A DNA stretch of 64,000 nt, taken from contig JAFGAR010000081.1 in assembly GCA_016933575.1 (NCBI GenBank), positions 128,001-192,000 of the forward strand, given 5' to 3'. Source of the DNA: Candidatus Thorarchaeota archaeon (GTDB taxonomy: Archaea; Asgardarchaeota; Thorarchaeia; Thorarchaeales; Thorarchaeaceae). Position numbers and translations under genes: made by a program. Shown in pieces: positions 19,128 through 29,272 of the stretch. Positions within the stretch are counted from its first letter, which is position 1, and each line of letters begins with the position of its first letter. Under the pieces are notes generated by a model, which saw only the letters and a list, made by a program, of their open reading frames with translations, was not told the origin of the DNA and did no database searches.

Positions 19128-20309
19128 CTATACCTCTTGACTCTTCAGCTGGGCAATCTTCTCTCTTACTTTGTCTAACTCGCGAACTCGTTTCTGAATG
19201 GCATCTTCTGTCTTGTTAATATTCTTCTGTATGTTTTTCACACGGTCTTCAATATTAGAGACTTCCTTCTTACGCCGTTTTTCTGCTGTATCAAATTCAG
19301 CTTTAGCATCATCCCATTCTTGCTTAGCAAGACGCATCTGTTCATTTACACTCTCATAGTGAATTCTCTTGACCTCAGCTTTATTATGACTCTCTCGCAC
19401 TCTCGCATCGAATTGAGAGCTGATTGCAATCTGGTTTGCAGTTGTCTGTTGCAATTCCATATGTAGACTAGAAAGATTTGAGATGAGATCTTTGATCTTA
19501 TGGTCTTGAAGGTCTTCTGGTTCCGTTATGCATGTTAATACTGCATCTATTTTTTCTCTTGAGGTATCCTTGATCTTTCTTTCTGCTGTTGCGAGTAATT
19601 CTTCAATTGTTGGTTCAGGAGTACTCCCAACCTTTTGCGGTTTCACACCCGGTCTTGAAACAGGGGGCACAGGCAGATCTGGAACCCTCTCTACCTTCTT
19701 AGCTGATACTGTAGGTTCTTGTACTTCAGAATGTACTGGCGGTGGTTGTTCAATCGGTCGTTGAATTACGTGGGTCATAGGTGTTTCTTCTGTAAGAGTA
19801 TCTCTGGGTCTGACATTCGGTATTGAAGGTGGTGATGGAGTTGGTTTTGCTTCCATACCCATTGATGATGCTGGTGAGGGGGTTTCTGATTGGGTAGGTA
19901 TCCTCTCCATAAGTTCTCTTACCTCACTTGCCCTGAGCATTCTGGTCTCAACAATCCCTTCTCCTTCTTCTTGGATACCGACTTCTTCAGCCTTGGCAAA
20001 TGCTTCTCTTGCCTTTTCCATCTCAGATTTGCCTTTACTTGAAGAGGTCGTTCTCATCCTGTCCGGAGATACTTCACTGGGTCTTACCCAACGATCATCC
20101 GTTGTGACTTTTGTCGAATCTGTTTTAGATGCTATAGGTTGATCTGGAATCTTTTCTGGAGTCTTGACCTCAGAACTCCCGATCCTATTACCTGGGGCTG
20201 CTGGTTTAACAGTAGGTTCTTCCGTTGAAGAATAGAGTGATTTTCCACAACGAACACAATGGCTTCGCGTAGGATTGTTAGCCTTCCCACAACTTGGACA
20301 TATTCTCAA
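19128..20309 (-). CDS. zinc-ribbon / Pro-rich / coiled-coil protein
   Basis: CPSCG..CVRCG, long Pro/Ser/Thr-rich middle, heptad-rich C-terminus. Confidence 0.8.
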   Translation of the reverse strand: MRICPSCGKANNPTRSHCVRCGKSLYSSTEEPTVKPAAPGNRIGSSEVKTPEKIPDQPIASKTDSTKVTTDDRWVRPSEVSPDRMRTTSSSKGKSEMEKAREAFAKAEEVGIQEEGEGIVETRMLRASEVRELMERIPTQSETPSPASSMGMEAKPTPSPPSIPNVRPRDTLTEETPMTHVIQRPIEQPPPVHSEVQEPTVSAKKVERVPDLPVPPVSRPGVKPQKVGSTPEPTIEELLATAERKIKDTSREKIDAVLTCITEPEDLQDHKIKDLISNLSSLHMELQQTTANQIAISSQFDARVRESHNKAEVKRIHYESVNEQMRLAKQEWDDAKAEFDTAEKRRKKEVSNIEDRVKNIQKNINKTEDAIQKRVRELDKVREKIAQLKSQEV

Positions 20310-20439
20310 TCAAGAATCATCCCCTAATCGTAGGTCTACCTATTCGAATCATACACTGTAAAGGTTTTCCATAGCAATTTCAGTAGGCATGAATTCTTAC
20401 TATTGTAGTATCCCCTTGAGAATCTGAAACGATTGCACA

Positions 20440-21882
20440 CTATTGGGACTCTTTGTAACCTGCTTGTTCTCTTGCAATCTTAAGAGGTGGTTTGATATCC
20501 TTTGGTACTGGCGATTTGTACACTCTGCCTGCTTTTCTTGTTACGAACTCATCTTGTACCTTCTTTAGGACCTCTGGCTCTGTGATGAGATCAATGACAG
20601 ATCCTACCATAGCCTTTGCGGCAAACAAGAGTGACTTATGTCCAATTCCTGCACCACTGCATGCAACAACCTGCCAAGAATGGGCTCCTATCCCCAATAC
20701 GTACGTAGAAGTAGTGAATTCCATGGTCGGAGTGACCCAACTCACATCTCCGACATCTGTCGATCCTGGCCAGACAATACCTTCATCCCACGGGTCCATG
20801 ATCTCGGTATCAATCACTTCATCAATAAGACCTTGCCATCCAGGTCTCTTTGACAGTCTCAATTCTTCAATCTTGTCTTCCCTTGGTACAGTCGTTGAAA
20901 TCTCTTCAGCGAATTTCAGATCTTGCTTTGAATATTCTGGAGTTCCTATCTCTCTCATGTTTGCTGTGACAACATCGCTTAGGCCCTTGTTTGGAAGAAC
21001 ATTATACACACCTTCGATGAACTCGACTTTGTGAGTTGTCCTTGCCATTAAATCTGCACCATCTGCAATTTTCAATACCCACTCATAGATATGATCGACT
21101 TGTTCTCGTTCTGGAGCACGTACATAATGCCAACTCCGTGCATATGGCGGTACAACATTAGGTTGCATTCCGCCGTCCTCAACAACATAATGAATTCGTG
21201 CCTCTTGGACAATGTGTTCTCTCATGAAGTTGATACCAACATTCATCAGCTCCACTGCATCAAGTGCACTCTTACCGAGAAATGGTGTGTAAGCTGCATG
21301 CGAAGACACTCCATGAAAATGAAACTTGACAGAATTGATAGCCAGACTACTTCCTATACCTGCGACATTGGAACTGCCAGGGTGATGGCTTAGTACTGCA
21401 TCCACATCATCGTACAGTCCATCCCGAACCATGAACATCTTTCCACTATAGGTCTCCTCAGCTGGAGTGCCATAGAACCTGATTGTACCTTTGCTACCAT
21501 TCTTCTCCATAGCGATTTTTGCAGCAATTGCTGCACCCAATGCACTCACTCCATGGATATTATGACCGCATCCATGTCCTGGAGCCCCTTGAACGATGGG
21601 TTCTCTGTGCGTTGTCACTTTCTGAGATAGTCCGGGGAGTGCATCGTACTCTCCCTGAACCCCGATGATTGGCTTTCCACTACCCCATGATGCAACGAAT
21701 GCAGTGGGCATCTCTGCAACTCCTCTTCTGACCTTGAACCCATTTTCTTCAAGTGATTTTGCCAGAATCTCTGATGATTTGTATTCAACAAGTCCGAGCT
21801 CTGCTAGATTCCAAATCTTATCGCTAGTTTCGATTAATTTACTCTCATTATCAGAGAGCCATTTCCAAGCAGTTTCCTTCAT
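20440..21882 (-). CDS. M20 amidohydrolase, aminobenzoyl-glutamate hydrolase subunit B (AbgB)-like
   Basis: GEYDALPGLSQ, GHGCGHN, GTPAEE, SALDAVELM, GSTDVGDVSW, HSWQ. Confidence 0.9.
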   Translation of the reverse strand: MKETAWKWLSDNESKLIETSDKIWNLAELGLVEYKSSEILAKSLEENGFKVRRGVAEMPTAFVASWGSGKPIIGVQGEYDALPGLSQKVTTHREPIVQGAPGHGCGHNIHGVSALGAAIAAKIAMEKNGSKGTIRFYGTPAEETYSGKMFMVRDGLYDDVDAVLSHHPGSSNVAGIGSSLAINSVKFHFHGVSSHAAYTPFLGKSALDAVELMNVGINFMREHIVQEARIHYVVEDGGMQPNVVPPYARSWHYVRAPEREQVDHIYEWVLKIADGADLMARTTHKVEFIEGVYNVLPNKGLSDVVTANMREIGTPEYSKQDLKFAEEISTTVPREDKIEELRLSKRPGWQGLIDEVIDTEIMDPWDEGIVWPGSTDVGDVSWVTPTMEFTTSTYVLGIGAHSWQVVACSGAGIGHKSLLFAAKAMVGSVIDLITEPEVLKKVQDEFVTRKAGRVYKSPVPKDIKPPLKIAREQAGYKESQ

Positions 21883-22036
21883 TTACGAATGCTCCTATTG
21901 GGTTTCTTTTACTTGCAACAGTATATCCTTCCAATATATTATATATCTCATAAATGTGAGTGGAAACGCAAACTCCCGTAAAATGCTCAGATGCAACTTC
22001 TTATCTCAAAACGATATTTGATTATACTGGGGATTC

Positions 22037-22393
22037 GTGATGAACAAACGAGATGCACCATGGTATAGAGAGGTCCGACTCAGCTCCGGGATGATTCTAA
22101 GGCGCGTATTTGTTCTCTTTCTCATCATTGATTTAATGGGTATGGTCTATGTGACTAGATACGTATTTGGGAACTTGGAAGATGGATTTGAATGGGGTTC
22201 TCCAGGTCATGTCTTATTCCCATTTCCCTATGAGTGGCAAACCATGGTGCCCGTCACACAACCTCTTAACCCTCTTGAAACATTCACCTATGTTCTATTC
22301 ATAGCAAATGGTCTATGGTTGCTATGGGTGACAATAGGTCTTCTCTATATTTTCTCTCCATATATTGAAAAATTCCGTAAAAGAAATGTCTGA
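22037..22393 (+). CDS. hypothetical two-TM membrane protein
   Basis: Two hydrophobic helices with basic termini. Confidence 0.65.
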   Translation: MMNKRDAPWYREVRLSSGMILRRVFVLFLIIDLMGMVYVTRYVFGNLEDGFEWGSPGHVLFPFPYEWQTMVPVTQPLNPLETFTYVLFIANGLWLLWVTIGLLYIFSPYIEKFRKRNV

Positions 22394-22421
22394 TCCATTC
22401 ACTCAATAGCCATGAGGAGAA

Positions 22422-23852
22422 TCAATCCTTAGCTGGAAGCTTGATCTCAAATGATGCTCCCTTCATGCCTTCTCTTTGCATTAGACCAATCGTTCCACCA
22501 TAACCTTCAATGACTTTCTTGGATAGATAGAGACCATATCCACCGCCTGTTGTTGAAGCTCCCTTGTTGAACAACTTTGGTCTAATTTCATCTGGGATGC
22601 CTGGACCATTATCATGGACTTCTATCCGAATCATATCATCAATTCTGGATACATTAATCGTAATCAGTACAGCTTTGTCAGAGAATTCAGCCGCATTACG
22701 AAAAAGGTTGTCAAATACAAGTGGAATCAACCGAGCGCCTAGAATTTGCGTGTCTTTGATGTATGAATTGATAGTTACTCTCATTCCTGAATGAGCTTTT
22801 ACTGCTCTTGATTTTGCATCTTCTATTATCTTGATAATGTCCATCTCATCTGCATCTGCAGGTTTCCCAAAGACATCAAGAAGACTGACCATTCTTTCAG
22901 ATGTTGCTTGGACAATCTCAACATATTCAGATGCTTGTGATTCTTTATCAAGGATCATTAGAGCGGCCTCTGCATGGTTCATAAGAATTTGAAGGTCATT
23001 CCTCATATCATGAGACAAGAAGGATGCATATAACTCAAGATCCTGATTGGACCGTCTGATTCTTTCCTCAGCAACTACATTTTTTGTGATATCTTCTTTT
23101 ACTGCGACAAAGTGAGTTATCTTTCCTTCTTGTGTGTGTATCGGAGAAATCCATGCATCTTCCCAATATATCGTTCCGTCCTTCTTTCTGTTGATGAAAC
23201 GTCCACGCCATATTTTGCCTGATTTGATTGTAGCCCATAACTCTTCATACACTTCCGGAGATGTTCTTCCTGATTTTAGTAATCGTGGATTTTTGCCAAT
23301 AGCCTCCTCAATTGAGTAACCTGTCAAATCGGAAAATTTTGGATTGACATATTCAATAGTCCCCTCAGTATCAGTGATTACAACAGAAGTTGGACTCGCT
23401 TCTATTGCTCCAGACAGCTTAAGCAGTTCCAACTCTCGTTCCTTTTCAACAGTAACATCAAACACAATAGCCATTGTGCCAATTACATTGTCTTGTTCAT
23501 CTCGTCTTGGTACACCTGAGATTTTTACCACTATAACACCGTGGTCTTTTCTTATCATTTTCAAATTGTATACAGAAGATACTCCCACCTTTCGTTTAGC
23601 GTTCTCTGTGAGAAGTATATCAATTTCACTCTCAATTATTATCTCTCTGTAATTCTTTCCAATCAATTCTTTTGGATCATAACCTAACATATTCGCAAAT
23701 TCATCATTCACAAATTGCAGATTCATTTCTAAGTCTGTGATGCAAAATCCCTCTGGAAGATGCGTGATAAAATCACGGTAATGTTTCTCGTCTATTATTT
23801 TCTCAGAACAGTCTTCGTTGCCTGGGGGCATTTGTGCATCTCTCTTTTCCAA
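22422..23852 (-). CDS. cytoplasmic PAS-PAS sensor histidine kinase
   Basis: Two PAS/PAC domains; SHDMRN H-box, NLFRNA, DNGPGI, GGGYGL. Confidence 0.92.
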   Translation of the reverse strand: MEKRDAQMPPGNEDCSEKIIDEKHYRDFITHLPEGFCITDLEMNLQFVNDEFANMLGYDPKELIGKNYREIIIESEIDILLTENAKRKVGVSSVYNLKMIRKDHGVIVVKISGVPRRDEQDNVIGTMAIVFDVTVEKERELELLKLSGAIEASPTSVVITDTEGTIEYVNPKFSDLTGYSIEEAIGKNPRLLKSGRTSPEVYEELWATIKSGKIWRGRFINRKKDGTIYWEDAWISPIHTQEGKITHFVAVKEDITKNVVAEERIRRSNQDLELYASFLSHDMRNDLQILMNHAEAALMILDKESQASEYVEIVQATSERMVSLLDVFGKPADADEMDIIKIIEDAKSRAVKAHSGMRVTINSYIKDTQILGARLIPLVFDNLFRNAAEFSDKAVLITINVSRIDDMIRIEVHDNGPGIPDEIRPKLFNKGASTTGGGYGLYLSKKVIEGYGGTIGLMQREGMKGASFEIKLPAKD

Positions 23853-24008
23853 TTTGATTGGACTACTTTATTGTACAAACTAATTGTTGGTTGATACCCA
23901 TGCAATATAATATGCATGATAGTTACTCAATAAATATTGTGAGCCATATATTACAGTAGGCTCTTATAGAGCCATTTTCAAATAGTACTCGATGGAGATT
24001 GATATCCG

Positions 24009-25343
24009 ATGACCTCTCCCAAATCAGCTTTAAATATTACTATCTTCTGGGATGTCGAGAATGTTTCTGATGATTTGGCTACGCACAGGAACATGACCGA
24101 GAAGATCAAACAGACTGGAAACGTAGTGAAAGCCTATGCATTTGCAGATTGGGACACTCGACGGCAGATGGCAATCGACCTGTATCAACTTGGGTATGAT
24201 TTACTCCATGTCCCCGACACCAAAGATAATGCTAGCGATTACAAGATGGCTTCGTACATCTTGGATCATCTTATCCACTACCCCAAAACATCTCGTTACG
24301 TACTTGTTACTGGGGATGGAGATTTCAAATTGCTTGCAGGGGCTCTTAAAGAACGTGGAGTTGATATTTGGCTTATCAGCAATCCAATCATCACAGCATC
24401 CGAGCTCCATGACATTGCATCAACTTATAGTGACATATTCTCTTTCAGACCTGGTTTGGATTGTGTAAATCCTGAAGACTGCGATGAGTCTGTCCAGAGT
24501 ATAGTTCAACTTCGACATTTAGCTGCTGTTCAACTTCAGGAAGTCATTCGGTTGATAACCAACACTGGCAATAAGCCTGGAGTTGGTCATGCTAAACATG
24601 TCATGACCTCGCTTAACCCTGATTTTAATGAGAATGATCTAGGTTTCAAACACTGGCACGATTTCCTTGATTGGGCTGAGGCTGAAGGATATATCAAACA
24701 TGAAAGAGATCTACCCAGCTCGCTACTGAAACTTCCTACAGAATTACCCCCTCATTCTGTAACAATATCAACAGAAGTAAGTCAGGCCTTCGCGTTTATT
24801 GCAAAAGTTGCTGAAGATAGTCTTACTGAAGGAAAACCCATATCATTGATGGAACTCGGAACAAGAATCCGCCAGCTCGGTTTGGAGTTTGAGAAAATTG
24901 GGTACCGACGATTTTCCGACTTTGTACTCGCCGCTGAAAAACGTGGTATAATACGAATTTTCGCTCCAAAAAAGGAAGGAGAGTCACCCATCGTTCTTCC
25001 GGTATATACAATTGAGCACTTACAGGATTGGTTTGAGGAAAATGTTGAACGAATATTCGGAGCCTCTGTCAATGTTCCCAAGGCCCCATTCTTGAAGAAG
25101 ATCTCACAGACTCTACTTGAGACTCAGACGAGTCTCTCTGAACTTGAAAATTATCTCACAGCTCCGCCTGTCAAAAACGCCTATAGTGTAATATTACAAG
25201 CGAGTGACATTCCATTCTTACCACCATACCAACAATCGCTTGCACACATACTAATTGGAAAGGGTATCGAGTGCAATGATGTTGTTACAAAGGTGAACTT
25301 AGAATTAAGCCCATTGGGCATAAAATTACAATGTCCAACTTGA
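24009..25343 (+). CDS. NYN-domain ribonuclease with two OST-HTH/LOTUS domains
   Basis: FWDVEN, KDNASD, LVTGDGDF; LOTUS motifs NPDFNENDLGFKHWHDFL and LEFEKIGYRRFSDFV. Confidence 0.85.
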   Translation: MTSPKSALNITIFWDVENVSDDLATHRNMTEKIKQTGNVVKAYAFADWDTRRQMAIDLYQLGYDLLHVPDTKDNASDYKMASYILDHLIHYPKTSRYVLVTGDGDFKLLAGALKERGVDIWLISNPIITASELHDIASTYSDIFSFRPGLDCVNPEDCDESVQSIVQLRHLAAVQLQEVIRLITNTGNKPGVGHAKHVMTSLNPDFNENDLGFKHWHDFLDWAEAEGYIKHERDLPSSLLKLPTELPPHSVTISTEVSQAFAFIAKVAEDSLTEGKPISLMELGTRIRQLGLEFEKIGYRRFSDFVLAAEKRGIIRIFAPKKEGESPIVLPVYTIEHLQDWFEENVERIFGASVNVPKAPFLKKISQTLLETQTSLSELENYLTAPPVKNAYSVILQASDIPFLPPYQQSLAHILIGKGIECNDVVTKVNLELSPLGIKLQCPT

Positions 25344-25383
25344 CAGAAGACTAATCAACTCCTCTGTATATACGCAAAGGGAC

Positions 25384-26475
25384 GTGTCAAAGATGAATTC
25401 CTATGAGAAATTGGCAGCAACATTGGACAAGATTCCTAATGGATTTCCTGCAGTTGAAGATGGCACTCATCTTCGGATACTTGAATGGATTTTCACCCCC
25501 GAGGAAGCTGATTTGGCTAGCCAACTCAAACTTCGAGGTGAGACCTTGGAAGAGTTAGCGAGGCGCTTAAATCTTCCAAAAGAAGATCTAGAATCACGTC
25601 TGGATATTATGATTTCAAAAGGACAAATCAATTCTTGGATATCTAAGAGTGCAGGTGCAAGAAAGTATTCCTTACTTCCATTTGCTGTTGGAATATTTGA
25701 AGAACAACTTGGGCGTATGGATGAAGAATTGGCTCGAATGTTAGATAGTTACTTTCAATACGGATTCAAGAAAATCACTGCCACTGAACCTGTGATATTC
25801 AAGGTAATTCCAGTTAATCAGAGTCTAAGCTCGGATTTGAACGTCCACCCCTACGAACAAGCCGAACAACTTTTGGAGAATGCTGCATCTTGGGGAGTAC
25901 GTGAGTGCATTTGTAAGAAACAGAAAGCACTCATAGGAGAACCCTGCAGCTATCCAACAACAGTCTGTCTTGTATTTGCAAAGAACAAAGTTGATGCATT
26001 TGAACATGATGAGCTGACAAAGACAATTACAAAAGAAGAATCACTCAAGCTCTTAAAAGACGCAGAAAATGCTGGTCTGGTCCATTGCTCCTACAATACA
26101 CAGTCTGGTCATAACTACATTTGTAACTGTTGTACCTGCTGTTGCGGTGTTCTCAGAGGAGTCAATGCTACTGAGCACCCAAGGGAGTACATCAAGACCG
26201 ATTTCCTAATCTCAATAGATACTGATTTGTGCTCAGGGTGTGGTACTTGCCTCGACCGCTGTCAGTTTGAAGCACTGAGTGTTCCTGAGGATATCTGTGT
26301 GGTAGATCCGGAACGGTGTATAGGGTGTGGCGTCTGTGCTATTGTGTGTCCTGAAAACGCTCTATCCCTGGTCAGAAAGAGCAGTCCTGATAAACCACCA
26401 TCTCCTGAAAATACTCTGGATTGGATGACTCAACGTGCAATCTCTAGAAATGTTGATCCCTCTGACATTTTGTGA
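25384..26475 (+). CDS. 4Fe-4S dicluster protein with N-terminal HTH-like region
   Basis: CICK, CNCCTCCCG, CSGCGTCLDRC, CIGCGVCAIVCP. Confidence 0.85.
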   Translation: MSKMNSYEKLAATLDKIPNGFPAVEDGTHLRILEWIFTPEEADLASQLKLRGETLEELARRLNLPKEDLESRLDIMISKGQINSWISKSAGARKYSLLPFAVGIFEEQLGRMDEELARMLDSYFQYGFKKITATEPVIFKVIPVNQSLSSDLNVHPYEQAEQLLENAASWGVRECICKKQKALIGEPCSYPTTVCLVFAKNKVDAFEHDELTKTITKEESLKLLKDAENAGLVHCSYNTQSGHNYICNCCTCCCGVLRGVNATEHPREYIKTDFLISIDTDLCSGCGTCLDRCQFEALSVPEDICVVDPERCIGCGVCAIVCPENALSLVRKSSPDKPPSPENTLDWMTQRAISRNVDPSDIL

Positions 26476-26521
26476 GTACTCCAGTGTATGATTACTCTTA
26501 AGAAGAACTGATGAGAAACAC

Positions 26522-27505
26522 TTGTTGGAATTACTGATGACCCTCGGTACCGACTCAAGTAAGAAACAAACAAAGGCAAAGAAGAATCGCTCAAAGGCGT
26601 ATATCCCCCATCTTGCTGAGTTTTTCTTCGAACCAACATTTGATTGGAGCTACGATGAGGCTAAGCATCTATTTGAGCTAACTGCAAAAAAACATGATTT
26701 TGTTCAATTGGATACTGTTGAGTTTAGAGAATGTATAGATGGAATGAGATGTCTTCCAGATTCTTCAGTGAATTTGATTATTGCTGACCCTCCCTTTGGA
26801 ATAGATTTCAATGGTAAAAGTAGTGTCTATAACCGTGATGATGAACTTGTCATTGCTGGATATGAAGAGGTTCAGGGTTCATACCGGGCGTTTTCCAAAG
26901 CTTGGATGAAAGAACTCCTTCGAATAATGAAGCAGGATGCTTCAGCTTACATATTCAGTGGGTGGACAAATCTTGATGCTATACTGGCTGGTGCAAACGA
27001 TGCTGGTCTTAAAGTACTAAATCATTTGATCTGGCACTATCCTTTTGGTGTCTACACAAAACGTAGGTTTGTCACAAGTCATTATCATATTCTCCTTCTT
27101 GTTAAGGACTTAAAGTCGTATTATTTCAATAAGATAGAGAATTACCCTGAAGATGTTTGGATAGTGAAGCGGAAGTATAGAACTGGACTTGAAAAGAATG
27201 GAACAAAATTGCCTCTTGAAGTTGTAGCACGTTGCGTTGACTTTTCTTCAAGACCTGGTGACATTGTACTTGACCCATTCTTGGGAAATGGTACAACTGC
27301 TGTAGCTGCTAAATCGTCTTTCAGACATTTCATAGGGTTTGAGATCAATGAGGAATTGAAGCCCTTACTGAAGCGTGAGATTAATGCAGTCATTCCTGGT
27401 CAATCCTACAGACCCTATAGAGAACGACTTCCGACCCTGAAGGATTTGTCACAGCTATACCCTAGGGCTTATCGAGAATATTTGAAAAGAGCGGGAGAGA
27501 AATAA
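26522..27505 (+). CDS. N4/N6 DNA methyltransferase (beta class)
   Basis: IIADPPF catalytic motif preceding VLDPFLGNGTT SAM motif; start may be ATG 26537. Confidence 0.9.
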   Translation: MLELLMTLGTDSSKKQTKAKKNRSKAYIPHLAEFFFEPTFDWSYDEAKHLFELTAKKHDFVQLDTVEFRECIDGMRCLPDSSVNLIIADPPFGIDFNGKSSVYNRDDELVIAGYEEVQGSYRAFSKAWMKELLRIMKQDASAYIFSGWTNLDAILAGANDAGLKVLNHLIWHYPFGVYTKRRFVTSHYHILLLVKDLKSYYFNKIENYPEDVWIVKRKYRTGLEKNGTKLPLEVVARCVDFSSRPGDIVLDPFLGNGTTAVAAKSSFRHFIGFEINEELKPLLKREINAVIPGQSYRPYRERLPTLKDLSQLYPRAYREYLKRAGEK

Positions 27506-27538
27506 GCAGAGATCCGTATTAGTTGGTGTGAATGACCT

Positions 27539-28978
27539 ATGGACCCTGAAGATTTGTTTGTAGAACATGGTTCTTCGTTCGACAGACTTGCAGATGCTTC
27601 TAGTCCAAGTGATATTTTCACAAGGCAATTCGGTACTGAGTTCACCCAATGGGAATTCATGTTTTTACAAAGATTCCACGAGCGCCTATCTGGGAAAAAA
27701 TCCCTCTATCGTGGGTTTGTTCACCATACACGTGATACATCTCTAGTTCTTCTTACACCAAGTCCTTGGTTAATGGAGGGCGAATTTATCTTTTTCAAGG
27801 ATGACCAAAAACTACCTGCTGATGGCTCTTATATTGAGGTAATTGGGCGGCGAATTGCTGATGCTGGGGCATTACAAAGATCTAAGACATTGCTTCGAGC
27901 AATCTCAGTCGATTCCTATCAGATGCTTCCTATGGACTTCATGGAGCAAATCGCGCCACCTATGAGTCTTAAAGAACTATCATCACTTCTGTTTGAACGG
28001 GTTGGTATGGCCGAGGCAAGCAAACGGGTCTTTGCCAGACTCTTTGTTTCTAGTCCTCCTTACCAGAATGCTATTGGTGGTCTTACTACTGGTATTCAAG
28101 CAATTGCATCACAGACACAGATCAAACGATTTCTTTCGTTTATACGTCGTGTCCTCCCACCATCGATAGCACGAAGAACTGCAACTAATATGGATGTACG
28201 AGGAATTAAGGTCATGAATCCAAGAATTTTCAGAGTCGATATTGGTTCACTATCCCATTCAAGACTGGAAAATCTCTGTATAGAAAGACGCGACCCCTCT
28301 GGGTTTAGAGAGGTCTCTATAGGTACCCTTACTGAATCGGAAACTGCTATACTTCCAGATATTCCTCTTGCTCTTGCATCAGAGGATTTCTGGATTGAAA
28401 CTGGTAACCCAATGGAGCTCCGTTTACCCATTCTTAAATCTGCAATCACATATCAGCTACTTACTCCCTCGCTGTCACAACGTACTATTGATTCGACCAC
28501 AAAACATGTTCTTTCACGACTCGAGGACCTTCAGGAGAGTTTTGGCCTTGATGAAAGTGCTTTGGCTCGAGGGCACGTTCTTGATGCAGACACTCTTGGT
28601 AAACCGCTTAGCACATTGAAGATTGCTCGTTCTACAGCTAGAGCATCATGGAAGGATAAGGTCACAACCAAGGAGATGAAGTCCGCTTGGGACAAAATTC
28701 TAGAACCTGCACTCAAGGAATTTCTAGAACTCTCTGAGATACGGAAGGTATCGGAGGAAGACTGGGGTAAAGGTGCTCGTTTTGATAAGTTCAACACGAA
28801 AGTTCTGAAAGCTATCCGAGACCTTGATTCTGGAAAGAGAGGATCCCTTGGACCAACCTTACAGGAAATAGCCGAGGAAGCTGGAGTAGAGCGTCATGTG
28901 GCTGCAGAGACCCTGAGTCGAATGAAGGACAGTGGAGTTCTCTATGAACCGAGACCGGGTCACTACCGGCTTGTCTGA
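27539..28978 (+). CDS. divergent MCM-like protein lacking ATPase motifs
   Basis: OB-like PADGSYIEVIG; MCM lid-like PLSTLKIARSTARASWKDKVTTKEM; MCM-type WH tail LSRMKDSGVLYEPRPGHYRLV; no Walker A/B. Confidence 0.6.
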   Translation: MDPEDLFVEHGSSFDRLADASSPSDIFTRQFGTEFTQWEFMFLQRFHERLSGKKSLYRGFVHHTRDTSLVLLTPSPWLMEGEFIFFKDDQKLPADGSYIEVIGRRIADAGALQRSKTLLRAISVDSYQMLPMDFMEQIAPPMSLKELSSLLFERVGMAEASKRVFARLFVSSPPYQNAIGGLTTGIQAIASQTQIKRFLSFIRRVLPPSIARRTATNMDVRGIKVMNPRIFRVDIGSLSHSRLENLCIERRDPSGFREVSIGTLTESETAILPDIPLALASEDFWIETGNPMELRLPILKSAITYQLLTPSLSQRTIDSTTKHVLSRLEDLQESFGLDESALARGHVLDADTLGKPLSTLKIARSTARASWKDKVTTKEMKSAWDKILEPALKEFLELSEIRKVSEEDWGKGARFDKFNTKVLKAIRDLDSGKRGSLGPTLQEIAEEAGVERHVAAETLSRMKDSGVLYEPRPGHYRLV

Positions 28979-28984
28979 GATAAT

Positions 28985-29053
28985 CTATGGAAATGCCTTG
29001 AGGAATTTCTCATATTCATTTCCTTCTTCAATAATCTCGATGTCTTAAACACA
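28985..29053 (-). pseudogene. relic copy of the gelsolin gene 3' end
   Basis: Translates to V*DIEIIEEGNEYEKFLKAFP* versus VQDIEIIEEGDEPEEFLKAFP* at 29927-29995; 53/69 nt identical by hand count. Confidence 0.85.
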
Positions 29054-29272
29054 AGGACCTGGTACATCATACCTTCGTCAAATCACAGGAAAATAATGTA
29101 CAATAAACGAATTGCATCAAAAAAATTGCGGAAAGTACTAGAAAAGAATATAGTGCTAAAAACCCGGAACAGCTCGAATGGAATGTAATGCATAACACCA
29201 ATTCCTTCCAATTAGTTGGATTGTTTTGTTATTTGATTCATTCTTTTTACAAAGGCATGGGAACGAGAAAAT

